A stretch of 63,618 nt of DNA, the filler included, from Octopus bimaculoides (taxonomy: Eukaryota), in assembly GCF_001194135.2 (NCBI RefSeq). It is 4 parts of 3 records of this genome, joined end to end, with 100 filler letters (N's around TTAATTAATTAA, not from the genome) between each part and the next. Parts side by side here need not be neighbours in the genome. Positions count along the whole stretch, not along the records: positions 19,111 to 45,256 come from NC_068981.1; 3 more parts are not named here. One strand, 5' to 3'. Shown here one piece after another: positions 25,274 through 38,675 of the stretch (positions within the stretch are counted from its first letter, which is position 1; every line of letters starts with the position of its first letter). The notes under the pieces are model-generated. The model saw only the letters and a list, made by a program, of their open reading frames with translations, was not told where the DNA came from and made no database searches. A program made the translations under genes and the position numbers.

Positions 25274-26698
25274 GAGGTATGATCAATAAATATCCGGACT
25301 TTTACAATTAAAGCAAAACTACAAAACGTACTAATTTGTCCTTTAATCGCCTTCGGAAGCCATGTACTTAATCCACCGCTGTTTCTATTGATGGAAGCAT
25401 TCCTGGAACTCGTTTATTGGGATAATCAGTAGCTGTCTCGTTGTTTTCACTTCCTCGACGTTCTGAAATCTTCCTTTGAAGCGAGATTTGATTTTTGGAA
25501 AGAGGAAAAAACGCAAGGGACGAGATCTGGGGAATACGATGGACCTTGGGAATGCTGTCCCTAGCCAAAAACTGCTGTATATGATGCGCTGAATGGGAAA
25601 ATGCATTGTCATGGTGCAATTGCTACTCACCGGACGCACAATTGTGGGCTTTCCGATGAGTAACATCCCGCAAACACCGCAAAACTTCATGGAAGCACTC
25701 CATGTGTACTGTCTGGCCAGGTGGAGCATATTCATGAAGTCAAAGAAAACGGCCAAAAGTGACTTCACATTGCTTCGACTCATTTTTTTTCTTCGGTCTT
25801 GGAGAGTTTGGGGTTTTCTATTGTGAAGACTGAGCCCTTGCTTCGAAGTCATGGCCATAGACCCACGATTCCTCACCCGTTATGAACGTTTTTCCAAAGT
25901 TTTCATTGTTCACGACACTATCAAGAAGACCTTGTGCAAGAAGACCTTGTGCAAGAAGACCTTGTGCAAGAAGACCTTGTGCAAGAAGACCTTGTGCAAG
26001 AAGACCTTGTGCAACTGAAAACCGAGTGTTCAACTGAAAGCAGTTTGGGTACAAAGTTGACAGACTCGAGTCACATATCCAAATCTTCAGTGATAATAAA
26101 CTGAACCGTAACTAATCTGCACATCCACTGATAATTCACGGATGGTGGTTCGAAGGTTTCCCCTCACAGTTGCACGCATATCTGCCATGTTTTTCTCAGT
26201 TCTGCTGGATGCCTCTTCCAGAACATTCCTCGCAATCGACATTATTTCGGCCATCTTGAAAACGTCTGAACAACTCGTACACTTGTGTGCGACTCATACA
26301 CTCCTCTCCATACACTCCTCTCCATACACTCCTCTCCATACACTCCTCTACATACACTCCTCTCCATACACTCCTCTCCATACACTCCTCTCCATACACT
26401 CCTCTCCATACACTTTTTGCAACATTGCGTAGGCCTTTGCGCAGGTATTGCTAAGCTTTTGGGGAACTTTGATGCAGATTCTCTGTCCAAGTTTCTCTGT
26501 CATGGTCAATGCGACGATCACATGCTACACACATTACTTCCAAACACTGCTCTAAACAGCGCAATTGAGCTAGAAAGTTAAAACTTAATGCGCATACATA
26601 GCAGAGCTCACGATCAATTGGTGCCAAGCGGCTTTACTCTGCGTGTTTCAGCTTCGTTACTATGTCAACAGTCCTGATACTTATTGATCAGACCATTT
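25272..26698 (-). mobile_element. Full-length, inactivated mariner (Tc1/mariner DD34D-type) transposon
   Basis: About 27-bp TIRs (acgaggtatgatcaataaatatccggact and the reverse complement of agtcctgatacttattgatcagacc). Transposase motifs YGEECMSRTQVYE..RRFQDGR, ITGEESWVYG, RSNVKSLLAVFFD and HHDNA occur across frameshifts. It sits in a (TA)/(CA) microsatellite. Confidence 0.93.
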
Positions 26699-27185
26699 AT
26701 ATGTGTGTATGCGTGTGTGTGTGTGTGTGTATTCAAAAAGGGAAACGCATGTGTGGATATATGCTATGGTATGTGCGTTTTATACCTACCTTCCTACATA
26801 CATACACAAATACATATATGTATATATATGTATCTGTATGTGTGCGTCTATGCTTACGTATAGATCCTATGTTTATACTTGTGCAGATACATACATGGTT
26901 TCGTGTGAGTGCGTCTTTGTATATGCGTGGGTAAGAGTGTATGCTTATATTTACACTTACATACATATATTCATGTGTGTGCGTCTATGTTACATATGAG
27001 AATGTGCGCTCATGCATATACACTTACATGCTTGAATGTGTGCGTACGCATGTATACAATTATACTTGTATGTATTCGCGTGCATATCCCTATATATCTG
27101 TATACGTGGTGCTAATATACACTTTTGTATACACATATATACGTAATCCAATTTTGTGTGCGTTTGTTATATACGCTCCACTACG

Positions 27186-27282
27186 TTCTTTCTTTCTTTC
27201 CTTCTTTCTCTCTTTCTTTCTCTATTTCTTTCTTTCCTTCCTTCTTTCCTTCTTTCTTCACTTCTTTCTTTCTTCCCCCTCC

Positions 27283-27317
<35 letters not shown>

Positions 27318-27325
27318 TTTTTTTC
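27186..27325. repeat. (CTTT)n-rich pyrimidine tract
   Basis: Direct read. Confidence 0.93.
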
Positions 27326-28063
27326 CTCACGAAAACCATGCTTTCTCCCTTTCTGCATTAATAACGTCCTTTATCTTTACGTTACTCTTCTCAACCCTTA
27401 CTTCCACCCTCCATAAGTTTAAGATACACTTGCCGGTTCCAATGCTGAATAATTTTCGTATGCGAGCATGATTGCGTGCATATATGTATATGTATACATG
27501 TGTATTCGTGCATGCATTTATGTCTTACAAAAATAAGCCTATATACGTATATTGTCTGTACGTATGCATCTGTGTATTTTGATGTATGTGTGTATGCTGT
27601 AGATAGTCTAGTATGCGTATATACTGTTGTAATTTTTTTTTAAAATTTAATGCAGCGTAAATTTTATTTTAATTTCAATGTGTTAATTCAGCGATAATTC
27701 GAATATAATTATTTACAATATGTATTTTCAATCCACTTTTCAAGTTAAGGTTTTCTTTGATTTTTGAAAATAGGATGAATGTATATTGAATTCATTTGCT
27801 TTGTTTATTTTGTTCATTGCATACCTAAGGCCGTTATTTGAAACAATCAATGAAACTTCCATGTTTTTTAATTAATATTAGTTTTGATCGCATCGTCGTT
27901 TCTCTCCCATTTTAAACAAAACTGTCCGATGAACGGGAACGTGAAACTCTGAGTTACAGCTTTTTGTTATATTTCTGCTGCTTTTAAATAGAGCATATTA
28001 CTCTACCTCTGGTATTTGAGTACTCTTTTTTCCACCTTTTTTTAGAATTATGTGCTTATTCCA

Positions 28064-28108
<45 letters not shown>

Positions 28109-28182
28109 CAGAATGAGAGAAAGAGAGAGAGAGAGAAAAAAAAACATTTGTTATGGCTGTATGTATGTGTATGCATACGCAT

Positions 28183-28224
<42 letters not shown>

Positions 28225-28738
28225 ATGTGCGTGTTTTCTTTGGGATATATTTTCAATTTATTTTTCTAATAGCGTAAGTGATCATGTACTTTCGTTTATG
28301 AGTGCTGTTGGGATTTGTAATTTTCTGAATTGCTTCATGTAGGCACATACGTGTGACTATTTTGCTTATGTATAAGCCACCACTCATCTGTATTCGTATC
28401 GGGAGGGAACGCAACTGTCACCCTGGGACCTGAAATGGGGCATTCCTAAATTTTTTGGAGCATTTTTCACTTTTCTGTAAGCGATTATATCTGAAGGCAA
28501 GTTAGTTTGCTTTTATTTAATTTCTTTCTTTTATTTCATTTATTACTTCTTGAGAATCCAAGCTTTTTCGGTGTCTAGGCAGATCTACAGTTACATATCC
28601 TAGAACACCTATGATAATATGAACAAATCTTCTGCAGACTGTATTTAAGAGCTGTATGCCTCTCACTTATTTTCCCCAAATCTTGATGACACATTCATAT
28701 CTGCTGGGCAGTTGATCTTTGCAATTGTGCACGTAGGC

Positions 28739-28822
<84 letters not shown>

Positions 28823-28863
28823 GCGTGTATGTATGTATCTGGTATTATTCAGTCTTCTTTTAG

Positions 28864-28940
28864 GATTTCTTGCCAATAGAGAAAGAGTCGTTTTCTCAAA
28901 TAGACTCAAGTCTCCGTCATTGGAATTTCAACATCAACAG
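28864..28940 (+). CDS. Candidate exon (DFLPIEKESFSQIDSSLRHWNFNINx, or GFLANRERVVFSNRLKSPSLEFQHQQ)
   Basis: Acceptor ttcagtcttcttttag and donor cag|gtattt; two frames are open. Confidence 0.25.
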
Positions 28941-29125
28941 GTATTTTTATATGTTTCTGTGTATGTATATGTGCAGCTGTGTATATTTTGTTTTCTGGAT
29001 GCATTCTCATACATATGTTACATGTCTAGACATGCTCATATATACTTAAATGCATAACTCCAAGCAAAATTGCTTTTTGTAGTTTTGGTTTCTTCTATAA
29101 CTACAACTAGAACGAATCTCTTTAC

Positions 29126-29207
29126 TTGTTGAGCGGACACTTTCATTCTGTTCCTCAGTTGTGTTGTAACTGATATTGTGTTCAGCCGTGTTGCTTGAAG
29201 TAACTCT
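29126..29207 (-). CDS. Candidate exon, S/T-rich with three N-glycosylation sequons (RVTSSNTAEHNISYNTTEEQNESVRST)
   Basis: Moderate acceptor accatgtag, donor caa|gtaaag. Sequons NIS, NTT and NES occur within 27 codons. Confidence 0.2.
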
Positions 29208-30988
29208 CTACATGGTAAATTCAAGTTTCAATCGAAAGATCACTATGATCTTGAATAAAAGGCTCTCTCAGTTAATTCATCTGGAGATTAGCCAGTTATT
29301 TCATAGGGCTGATAATTGTGGCTTCAAAGTTGAAGACAGCATTCATCGTATTTTCTATAAATAGTCTCCCACTCCAAATACGCGACTTGTTGCTTCGAGT
29401 ATGTATGTATGTATGTATGTATGTATGTATGTATGTATGTATGTATGTATGCTTGCATGCATGCACGTATGTATCGAATGTTTTCGCAAGTTATTAGGTC
29501 ATTACCTTCTCCGTTTTCTTTTGATAAAAGTCTTTTAATCTCGAAATATTGAAATTTAAGGTAAAGGTTGGATGGTTTTGCCTTCCTGCGTTTCGCTAAT
29601 TTATTCCAGTTTTCATTGTACTGGCTTGTTAAAACAATGTCAATTCTGTCTCACTGCTTAGTTCAGAAAAGAGAGGACGAGAGAGAGAGNNNNNNNNNNN
29701 NNNNNNNNNNNNNNNNNNNNNNNNNNNNNNNNNNNNNNNNNNNNNNNNNNNNNNNNNNCAAGACACAGATGAAAATATACATTAATGTAAATATCGGGTT
29801 ATGTAAAGATGGTGCCCAACAATACAATTGGTGTTATTGTCTATGTATAAAGTTCAATAAACATATATGCTTATGTGCTGTGTGTTTGTGTGTTGTGTAT
29901 ATTTGCATAAGCTGTGCTGTGTGACAGTGTGTGTATGTGTGTATGTGTGTGCATATGTGTGTTGATGTGTGTGTGTGTGTGTGTGTGTGTGTAGTCTTGT
30001 GTGGTTTTTGTTTGCCTGTGAGCGTCTGTGTCCACATATAACACCAAACATTACTAATTCACAATGAATTGTCAAAGCAAATAAAATTTATAAAATCATA
30101 ATATCAGTTTACATATTGTATGTATAAAAACATAAAGCACCGGAAATTGAATATAGTTTTGTTTGTGTACAACAGACATGTCTTATTTATTTCTCTCAGG
30201 GTGAAAAATATTTATATTGTACTTGGTGAACGTTATCACTTTGATATATGTTTGAAATACGGAAATATTTATGTAAAAATGTTTTTAGTTCTTTTCCATT
30301 TTATTTTCATTCAAAATGAACTGTATTCCAAAAACACATTAATTTCAATAATTCGAAAATATAATAAACACGTTAATTGAATTTTTGTAGTAATATTGCT
30401 AGAAGCATTTATCATGAAATTTAGAATCTCTGTATATTTGATTTAATGATAGATATGAATTATTTAAAGCGAAGAAAAAAAAAACCTGATATCTTAGACA
30501 GAAGTTCAGTGAGTAGAAACAATTGTTAGGAAGTAAAACATGTGTTTCTCCGTTCGACCACAGCAACGAGTTTGAGATTTGCATTAATAGATTATTTAAC
30601 ATGTATATTCTTAATTGTAGTGAGCAGATAGGATATTCACACGAATCTTATTGCTTGAAAAGAAATGACGGCGTCTTAATGTAATAATAGCACACAATTA
30701 CCGGGTTCTGTTGAGATTACGTTTAAACTCTGGATTATTTCAAGCCCATGTAGCCTTAGAAATGAACACATAGACATGGGATAGGAACCTAAATTATTAA
30801 TACTAATTGGTGATGCTGAAATAGTCTCATTTCTGTGAATTCACTTCACTTGAACGGATTAACATCGTTACATGATATTCGCATTTGTTATAAAAAATAC
30901 ATACACCTTACATGCCGTTTCAGTACAGCTTACTCAATATTGTAGCATATGAATTTGAAGGTTAACATTCAAACTGATTATCTATATG

Positions 30989-31345
30989 AGTGGTTGTCTA
31001 CCGGGGGCTATATGGTCCTTGAAGGTCAATATAAAATTTTGGCGTGGTTCACGCAACAAAACAGTAAATTGGGGATCCGTAACAGTGTATTAAGGGCCCT
31101 TGGAGAAAATGTTGCTTTAGATGTGTGTATTGGTATGTATTACAAGAAACAACCAGGCTTCTTTCCCTAACATTTTACATAGACCAACCTACATGAGTTA
31201 ATGAATGGCAAACAAAATAGAAATTTTTCAAATAGGAGGCTTCTATAAAACGAGTTTTTAAACAGAATGGCTATGGGTATCATCCAGAATAAAATAGTAA
31301 TCACAAGAGTCCATAAATATAAAATCGTTGAAAGCTCCTTATCTA
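30989..31345. mobile_element. Degenerate hAT-type MITE
   Basis: The ends gagtggttgtctaccggggg and cgttgaaagctcct resemble cagtggttctcaacc-type hAT TIRs. The interior resembles a common Octopus MITE (recognition by memory). Confidence 0.5.
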
Positions 31346-32447
31346 TATCCATAAAGTTTGGCATGCCTTGAAAGACTTAGATTGACAAAATTCATTCTGT
31401 TTAACTATCAACATACTGCACGTTATTTTATTCGTAACATTATCAGTTAAAATATTGCAGCCTGTCAGAGTTCAGATGATATGACATACGTACTATCATC
31501 TACATTAAACCATGTCATCTGTAGGAAAGAAACCACCATAATGTTGGCAAAAAGATGGAACACTGTGGACATCACACATCAAATAGAAAGTTTTAAGTCA
31601 CAAAATGTACAGAAAATTAAATGGCAGCCTTATTCTGTTCTTTTACGCATAAGAATTGTATGTATGTATAAATATAATTTGGAAGAATTATTATGAAGAG
31701 ATACATCAAAAAGAAATGCAACCACAATTTAAGCTATCAGTTGAACTCGAGAAAAAGAAAACCAGAAAGATATACTTTTAAAAGAATCTAAATGGTTTAA
31801 AGATAAACATTTAATAGATGATTAAGACCAAAGTTTAACGATATTCAACTCATGCAAATAGCTCTTATCTTTTTAGAACAACGTACTCCGATCTACATTA
31901 TCTGACGTGCTATATATGCACACACACACACACACACACATACTCACACACATTTATTTGAAAGTGGCTAGCATTTATCACACCACAAGAGTTTTTTTCG
32001 TTTTCTTTCTTGTACTTCAACGAAAATCACAATACACCTAGTTAAGAATTTACCGCGTGCGGCATTCAGTACATCACTCATTAACTTAATTATCTATACT
32101 TTTGCTATTGTTTCAGTGAATTATTCACTCAGGTTTTTATATCCAATACAATTGCTTGTGTGCATACTGATACGGATGCAAACCGAGTTGAGTGGTTGTC
32201 GGCTACCGAATGTATACCGTTTTGGTAAATGATTTTTACAAAAGTCATAGGTCGCCTAAAGCTTTGTCAGCGACATTGGATGGACAGAAAGTTGTATAAT
32301 TCATTGTCCTGGTAAATCAAATGTTCAGCTTTTCCCAAATGTAGAGTCATGCTGATTGAATCAGAAAATCACCTTAACGCAAACTGTGGCTACGCAATAC
32401 AAGTTAATTTGATGACTACATACTGGAGTATAACGACGCAGAATTCC

Positions 32448-32720
32448 TCCTCCTCCTCCTCCTCATCATCATCATCATCATTATCATCATCACCATCAAC
32501 ATCATCATGATCATGATCATGATCATCATCATGATGATCACCACCACCACCAACACCAACACCAACACCACCACCAACACCAACACCAACACCACCACCA
32601 ACACCAACGACAACAAAACCACGACTATCAGCACCGCTACACCGCTAAATTCATCATCAGCATCATCATCATGACCACACACACTATCAGTACCATCACT
32701 ACTATGATCATCCTCATGAT
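32448..32720. repeat. Compound (CCT)/(CAT)/(CAC)/(CAA) low-complexity tract
   Basis: Direct read. Confidence 0.9.
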
Positions 32721-33239
32721 AATATACCTATGCATCTACGCATACGCATGCGCGAAAATATCCCGATATGTTTATGATCGGCTCCGTGACGACAGATAGT
32801 AGTATTTGGGTTTAGTGTAATCCTTTCTTAAGATCGATATTTCTTACAAGAAACTAAACCATTAAATATTTTTCTTCAGCTACAACATATAAATCAAAAG
32901 TTAATTGTCACAAAAGTATTTGAAATATTGATTTTTATACAAAGGCAAAAATAAGAAAATAATATTTGAAGAACCCTAAAAGGCTGTTAACTATATCATA
33001 AATTCCATTCCTCTAACAGTTACCAATCTTTCTATTTCTAACATTGACGGATAGCATTTGAACTTCTGAAGATGAAACGTAAATCATTGGTAAATAATGT
33101 ACATTTTAAAAATTTATTGACGCTGTCTAACATACTTAAATACAAGCAGAGAAGCGTTGAGTTAAGTCCTTTATAAATTACATAGTCATTACATTATACG
33201 TGTGCCTCTGTGTAAATGTGTGTGCGTGAGTACATAAAC

Positions 33240-33243
33240 AAAC

Positions 33244-33274
<31 letters not shown>

Positions 33275-33371
33275 CAGACAGATAGATAGATAGATAAATA
33301 GATAGATAGATAGACAGACAGACAGATAGATAGATAGATTGACAGACAGACAGACATATAGNNNNNNNNNN

Positions 33372-33405
<34 letters not shown>

Positions 33406-33427
33406 CATACATACATACATACATACA

Positions 33428-33455
<28 letters not shown>
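33240..33455. repeat. (GATA)n/(GACA)n/(CATA)n tetranucleotide array
   Basis: Direct read; similar arrays occur at 17141-17182 and 18229-18575. Confidence 0.95.
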
Positions 33456-33459
<4 letters not shown>

Positions 33460-33704
33460 GAAACACAGACACACGCATACACACATAAGTATATTTCATA
33501 ATTTTTTTTTCCTTTTATTTCTCTCAGTGATCGGGTTACACCCATGCTTAGACATCTCAAAAGCCACTTAATCGATAAAATTAACCTCAGTACATATTCT
33601 TTCAGTAAATGTTTGCTAAACTGCTAAATTGTAAGAACTCAGACAAATTAATGCCTGTTGCTTTTCCGTGAGAGACGACTACAAATACTTAGAAGCACAC
33701 AAAT

Positions 33705-33842
<138 letters not shown>

Positions 33843-34622
33843 ACACACACATGCACAAACCCATACACATACCATACACACACATACATCCATAGCTACA
33901 TACATACGTATATATATATATATTAGTGCATCTTGTGAGCGTCATATCTGCTACACCACTTCACATTAGTAAGACTGGTCACGTGATTGAGGTGCGTCAA
34001 AGTGCAACAATTTCGCGACATTTTAATTTCATGCAACGTACTTGGAATCTGTAATATGTGGAAATTCTATCCACTCACCAGAATTTCCTCTGATAACTTT
34101 AACTAAAACTCCGTTAAGTGATATTGTAGGTTGTTTTAATATTTGGAAAGCCTACAATTATTTCGAATTCTAGGTCACAGCATTGAGATTGGTCTTACTG
34201 AGAAGTTTTCAATTAATTTTTGTGTGGATTGGCTACTTTGGATGCGTTGGTACATTTGAAACTTCACCACAAGACTTCATATTACTCTTTCATTTTACTT
34301 ACAAAACCGGTGGTTATTTTTTTCTTTGTATGCTTTCCTGATGTTGTTTATCAATATGATGGTGTTTATTTTGCATATGTTGCCTCATATAAATGAAAGT
34401 ACGGGTATGTTGAAAATTATTGGAATTGTTTCATATAATTGTTCAAGATCTTTTAAAAGTTCACATTCTGGTGACGAAATTTTACGATTTTAAACCGTTG
34501 ATGAAGGCAGCTTCGAAAATTTGGGGCTTCTTAAATTACATTTCTTTTGATCTGGAAAGGGCTCTTTGCATTTTTAAAATCTTTGCTTCTCTGCAAGTGA
34601 CTCGGTAATTTCTTTCTCGTAG

Positions 34623-34680
34623 ATAAAGTTATTCAACCGCATGCACTTTATTATGCTTGTCTTACCGTTTTTGTTATCAG
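34623..34680 (+). CDS. Candidate signal-peptide exon (ATG at 34641: MHFIMLVLPFLLS, phase-1 donor)
   Basis: Strong acceptor aatttctttctcgtag, hydrophobic 13-mer, and donor cag|gtgcat (alternative tg|gtaaag at 34687). Confidence 0.25.
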
Positions 34681-36131
34681 GTGCATGGTAAAGAGATTCC
34701 CGGATGGCATTTTTGCCTGTTTTCAATAGATATGCGTAAGTTCTCTATTTTCAGCTATTTGTTATTGGCCGAATATAAGGCTTAACAGAATAGAGAGATT
34801 GACAGGGCTAGATTAAGACTAATTGACGCCTCGATCTTTCTACGGTGTAACTAACAAGTTGTCTAGACATGAGTGCTGAATGCACCAATAATAGATTATA
34901 AATTCGGTTTTCTTCCAAGCCATGAACAAAATCTAGATAATTTTAAAATATAATGTGATGACTGAAATATATATAAGTCATGTTCATAGGAGCTGAAAGG
35001 CCTCTAATCTAGATCTGTCTGTTCTGTATTGACTGTGGACCAAATATGAACAATAATATATTAAATTACTTTGAACAGCCACGAACCACATGACAACACA
35101 AAGTCAGCGAGAATAAAAACATTTGCTCCCTAAAAGCATTATATATATTTCTGGAAATATCCAGGTAAGATTTCACTTACTGGAGAATGAAAGAATATCT
35201 GATCAAGTTTATATGAAACTTCTTGTGAATAAAGCATGCATTCTGACGTCGATCAGTAACAAAAGATATTTGAAGCCGCGTATGTGGCTGGTTTTATTTT
35301 CTTGAAATTAATTGGTTTCATTATCGTCTGCTGGATTCTTGTGAACTTCAAAAGTAAAGCAATTATTACGCTCGAATGTGGTGTATTAGAATATTTTACA
35401 TGAAATGTTATCATTCATATGCTTATATAACTAATGCATGAATTTCTCAATTATACGCTTAATTATCTTGTTTATTTTCACTCTAACGATCTATCTTTGG
35501 CACTAATACCATTTTCTTTTGTTTTGATTTTACAAGTATGATGCCGTATCGATTGAAATGTTCTTTTAGAAACGTTCCAACAAAGTTACTTACAATAGAG
35601 CAAATGAGGTTAACTACAATGTAATTTTGAATTCTACTCCATCATACGATTTTATCTGTTAATTAACATTCAATGTTTTCGGACAAAACGTATTTGTATT
35701 ACGTATATTGCCTGCTATTTAGGCAGTTCAATCTAATTTAAATACATGTCAGATGCAGCGCTCTACGAAGAATAAGCCTTCAAAGAAACTGATAAGATAT
35801 TCTATTATTGAAGAGATTACTGAACCATAAAATCCTTGTAACAAACTTCTCTTACATAAAAAGATTCGCTCTCTCTTTTCTCTTTATTTCACTTTTACTT
35901 TGTCTTTCTGCACACTCGCAAACGTGCGCGCGCACACGCAAACACAAAAGTTTGCATGGATTGGTGAGTGTTTGTTTTCACAAAAAAAAAAGCGGATTTC
36001 ATAATACATACAAAGTAGTGCGCTTACTTTACTGAAAAATTAAACTTCCAATAATGTCTGTATATATGTGTATCACTTTTTTTCTCTCTCTCTCTCTTTC
36101 TTTCTCTCGTTCTCATTTTTATTTCTCGTTC

Positions 36132-36208
<77 letters not shown>

Positions 36209-36357
36209 CATACAGGTATGCAAACGCTCACACGCACTCATACACACATACACACTCACACACACAGTCGCACTCACACACACGCGCGCGCGCACGCAAA
36301 CACAATAGCGTCCACTATATGTACAATGTTCTCTCACTAAATATATTAGGTTTTCAG

Positions 36358-36447
36358 AGACAAATGCAATCATGGATTTCCGACGGAAAGAAGGAGAGAA
36401 TGCTGCCGCAGCAAAAGACTGCTGTTTTCGTTGTCGACACCGAAAAT
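36358..36447 (+). CDS. Candidate 90-bp symmetric exon, open in all three frames (e.g. RQMQSWISDGKKERMLPQQKTAVFVVDTEN)
   Basis: Acceptor aggttttcag, donor aat|gtgaga, and locally high GC/CpG. Confidence 0.3.
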
Positions 36448-37199
36448 GTGAGAACCGAAGCCGAATTAGATAACATTTGAACATAATGTGCAGGATGATG
36501 GTTCACATATCGGAAAATAATGAATCCAATATTCCAATGATTCAGCCATTAATTTTACATGCATACGGACATACATACATATATGTGTATGTGTGTGTGT
36601 GTGTCTGTGCGTGCGTTCGTGCGTGCGTGCANNNNNNNNNNNNNNNNNNNNNNNNNNNNNNNNNNNNNNNNNNNNNNNNNNNNNNNNNNNNNNNNNNNNN
36701 NNNNNNNNNNNNNNNNNNNNNNNNNNNNNNNNNNNNNNNNNNNNNNNNNNNNNNNNNNNNNNNNNNNNNNNNNNNNNNNNNNNNNNNNNNNNNNNNNNNN
36801 NNNNNNNNNNNNNNNNNNNNNNNNNNNNNNNNNNNNNNNNNNNNNNNNNNNNNNNNNNNNNNNNNNNNNNNNNNNNNNNNNNNNNNNNNNNNNNNNNNNN
36901 NNNNNNNNNNNNNNNNNNNNNNNNNNNNNNNNNNNNNNNNNNNNNNNNNNNNNNNNNNNNNNNNNNNNNNNNNNNNNNNNNNNNNNNNNNNNNNNNNNNN
37001 NNNNNNNNNNNNNNNNNNNNNNNNNNNNNNNNNNGAGGATTTTAAAATGCAGAGCTCTTTTAAAGATGTTTATTCACTTTCTTTAAAACAGATTTTCAAA
37101 ATTAAAATGTAAGGCTTTGTGTAGCCTTTGTCGTGTTAAAAAGTGGTTACTTACAGAAATACCCACCTACCTCAATCGCTGTTAAAGCTGATGGCGGAT

Positions 37200-38290
37200 T
37201 AAATGACATGATTTTTGTATATGTCTTGGCGTTTGGCTTTTACCTTCGGATCTCATTTTAAAGTTATATTCGATTCCTCCTCACCACGTGATAAGTCTTT
37301 TGAATCGTCAGTGTCAAGAATACGTGGCGTATCTGTGTCGCCTGTCAGTAAGGATGGTTGTTTGTTTCCACTGCGACAGTTGTTGGTGCCGTTGTTGTGA
37401 TGGGATTCTGCTCGTGAAAATGTTGCTTTAATGTTTGTTGCGGCTTTTGGCCTTGTGCTGGTAGTGGTAGCAGAACCGCCATTCCTCTAGATACAATTTT
37501 TTGTTGTGGCAGGGAGCCTTCGAATGTGTGTTAGACCCACAAGTGTGGGACCTTGGCTTTCTGCCTTCCGCCATGATCTGAAGTTGTGAACCAGCGCGAT
37601 AAGGTCGGTGACCTTGTCCAGGGATGCCGGTTTTACCTGAATCAAATTCTCCAACCCGATCTCGGACCAGTTCTCCTGCCAATATATATATTTTTTCTAG
37701 AAGCGAATCCGGGCCTTCGACCACTGTGCATGCAACCAACCGCTAAATGTCTAATTATGGGGGCACATCTGATATTTTAACTTTCACCACCCACCCTCCA
37801 AGATATGAGAAGAAGAGGAGAAGATCTTGTTTGCACTGGACTATTGAGAGTTTTGGGGCCATAGCCTCTGTGATGAGCTACATTTCCACAGAACCATATT
37901 GTCTTCCTTGTGTGCGGAAATCAATATCAGTTCGAATGTCCTTCAAGCAGCTTTCTACTCGGATGTGAGGCGTATAGAAAATTTTCCTCGTCTTTAGCAA
38001 CACACATCTGTATACGTTGGTCCTTCTGGTCGTCTTCTCCATTAAATCTGAAGGAACGGCAAGCTTGGTTTTCCTATCCCTTCTATTGAGGAGTTTTTAT
38101 GTGTCTCTCAGGTACGCATGTTTTCCTTCCAGGGAGATTTGCTCAGACAATTTTGTTACTCATGCAAAGGAGTTATTTTTATTCTTGCTGTTATTGTTGG
38201 TGTTGATTATATCGTTTTTGCTACTATGCTGTTCCTGTCCTTGTTGGTGTTAGTCGGAGCGAAGCGACGCTCCAATGTAACCAAGCTGCT
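37200..38290 (-). mobile_element. Degenerate non-LTR retrotransposon ORF1 (gag-like, CCHC zinc knuckle) relic
   Basis: RKPRSHTCGSNTHSKAPC (37508-37553) is a CX2CX4HX4C knuckle with the first C changed to S. An upstream RRM-like segment (VKVKISDVPP) and a low-complexity S/T/D tail are present, with multiple stops and frameshifts. Confidence 0.65.
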
Positions 38291-38394
38291 TGCTAACGGG
38301 AAGAAATTATCTATATTGTAGCCGTACTTCAGATTTTTCTCTCCCGTCAAAGCTTTACTGTTGTAGTTGTTGATGCTGCTATTTTTGTAGTTAA

Positions 38395-38428
38395 TAACAA
38401 CAATAACAACAACAACAACAACAACAAC

Positions 38429-38478
<50 letters not shown>

Positions 38479-38482
38479 CAAC
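38395..38482. repeat. (CAA)n(TAA)n trinucleotide array
   Basis: Direct read. Confidence 0.95.
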
Positions 38483-38514
38483 TTTTTTCAAATCCCGACA
38501 CTAGGTTAGTAATG

Positions 38515-38675
38515 TTGAGGGATTATATCGACCCCATTACTTGAGTGGAACTTATTTCATCGGCCCCGAAAAGATGAAAGGCAAATTTGACTTCAACAGG
38601 ATTAGAACTCACCAAACACCATTACAAATTTCACAAGGCATTGTTTTCTGACGCACTAAACATTCTGGCAGCTCA
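38515..38675 (-). mobile_element. Degenerate family A SINE
   Basis: atcgaccccattacttgagtggaacttatttcatcggccccgaaaagatgaaaggcaaatttgac is the reverse complement of the core. Confidence 0.75.

Noticed and set aside
25922-26414. Regularly spaced repeats as a CRISPR-like array
   Set aside because: The units are contiguous with no spacers and derive from mariner coding sequence in a eukaryotic context.
31167-31364. Minus ORF with an apparent transmembrane helix (TILYLWTLVITILFWMIPIAILF)
   Set aside because: It lies antisense within the hAT-type MITE, so the hydrophobicity reflects A-rich repeat sequence.
33063-33080. CUGAAGA-U-GAAACGU-A hammerhead-like core
   Set aside because: Stem II is absent and stem I has only 2 bp; at best it is a deleted remnant.
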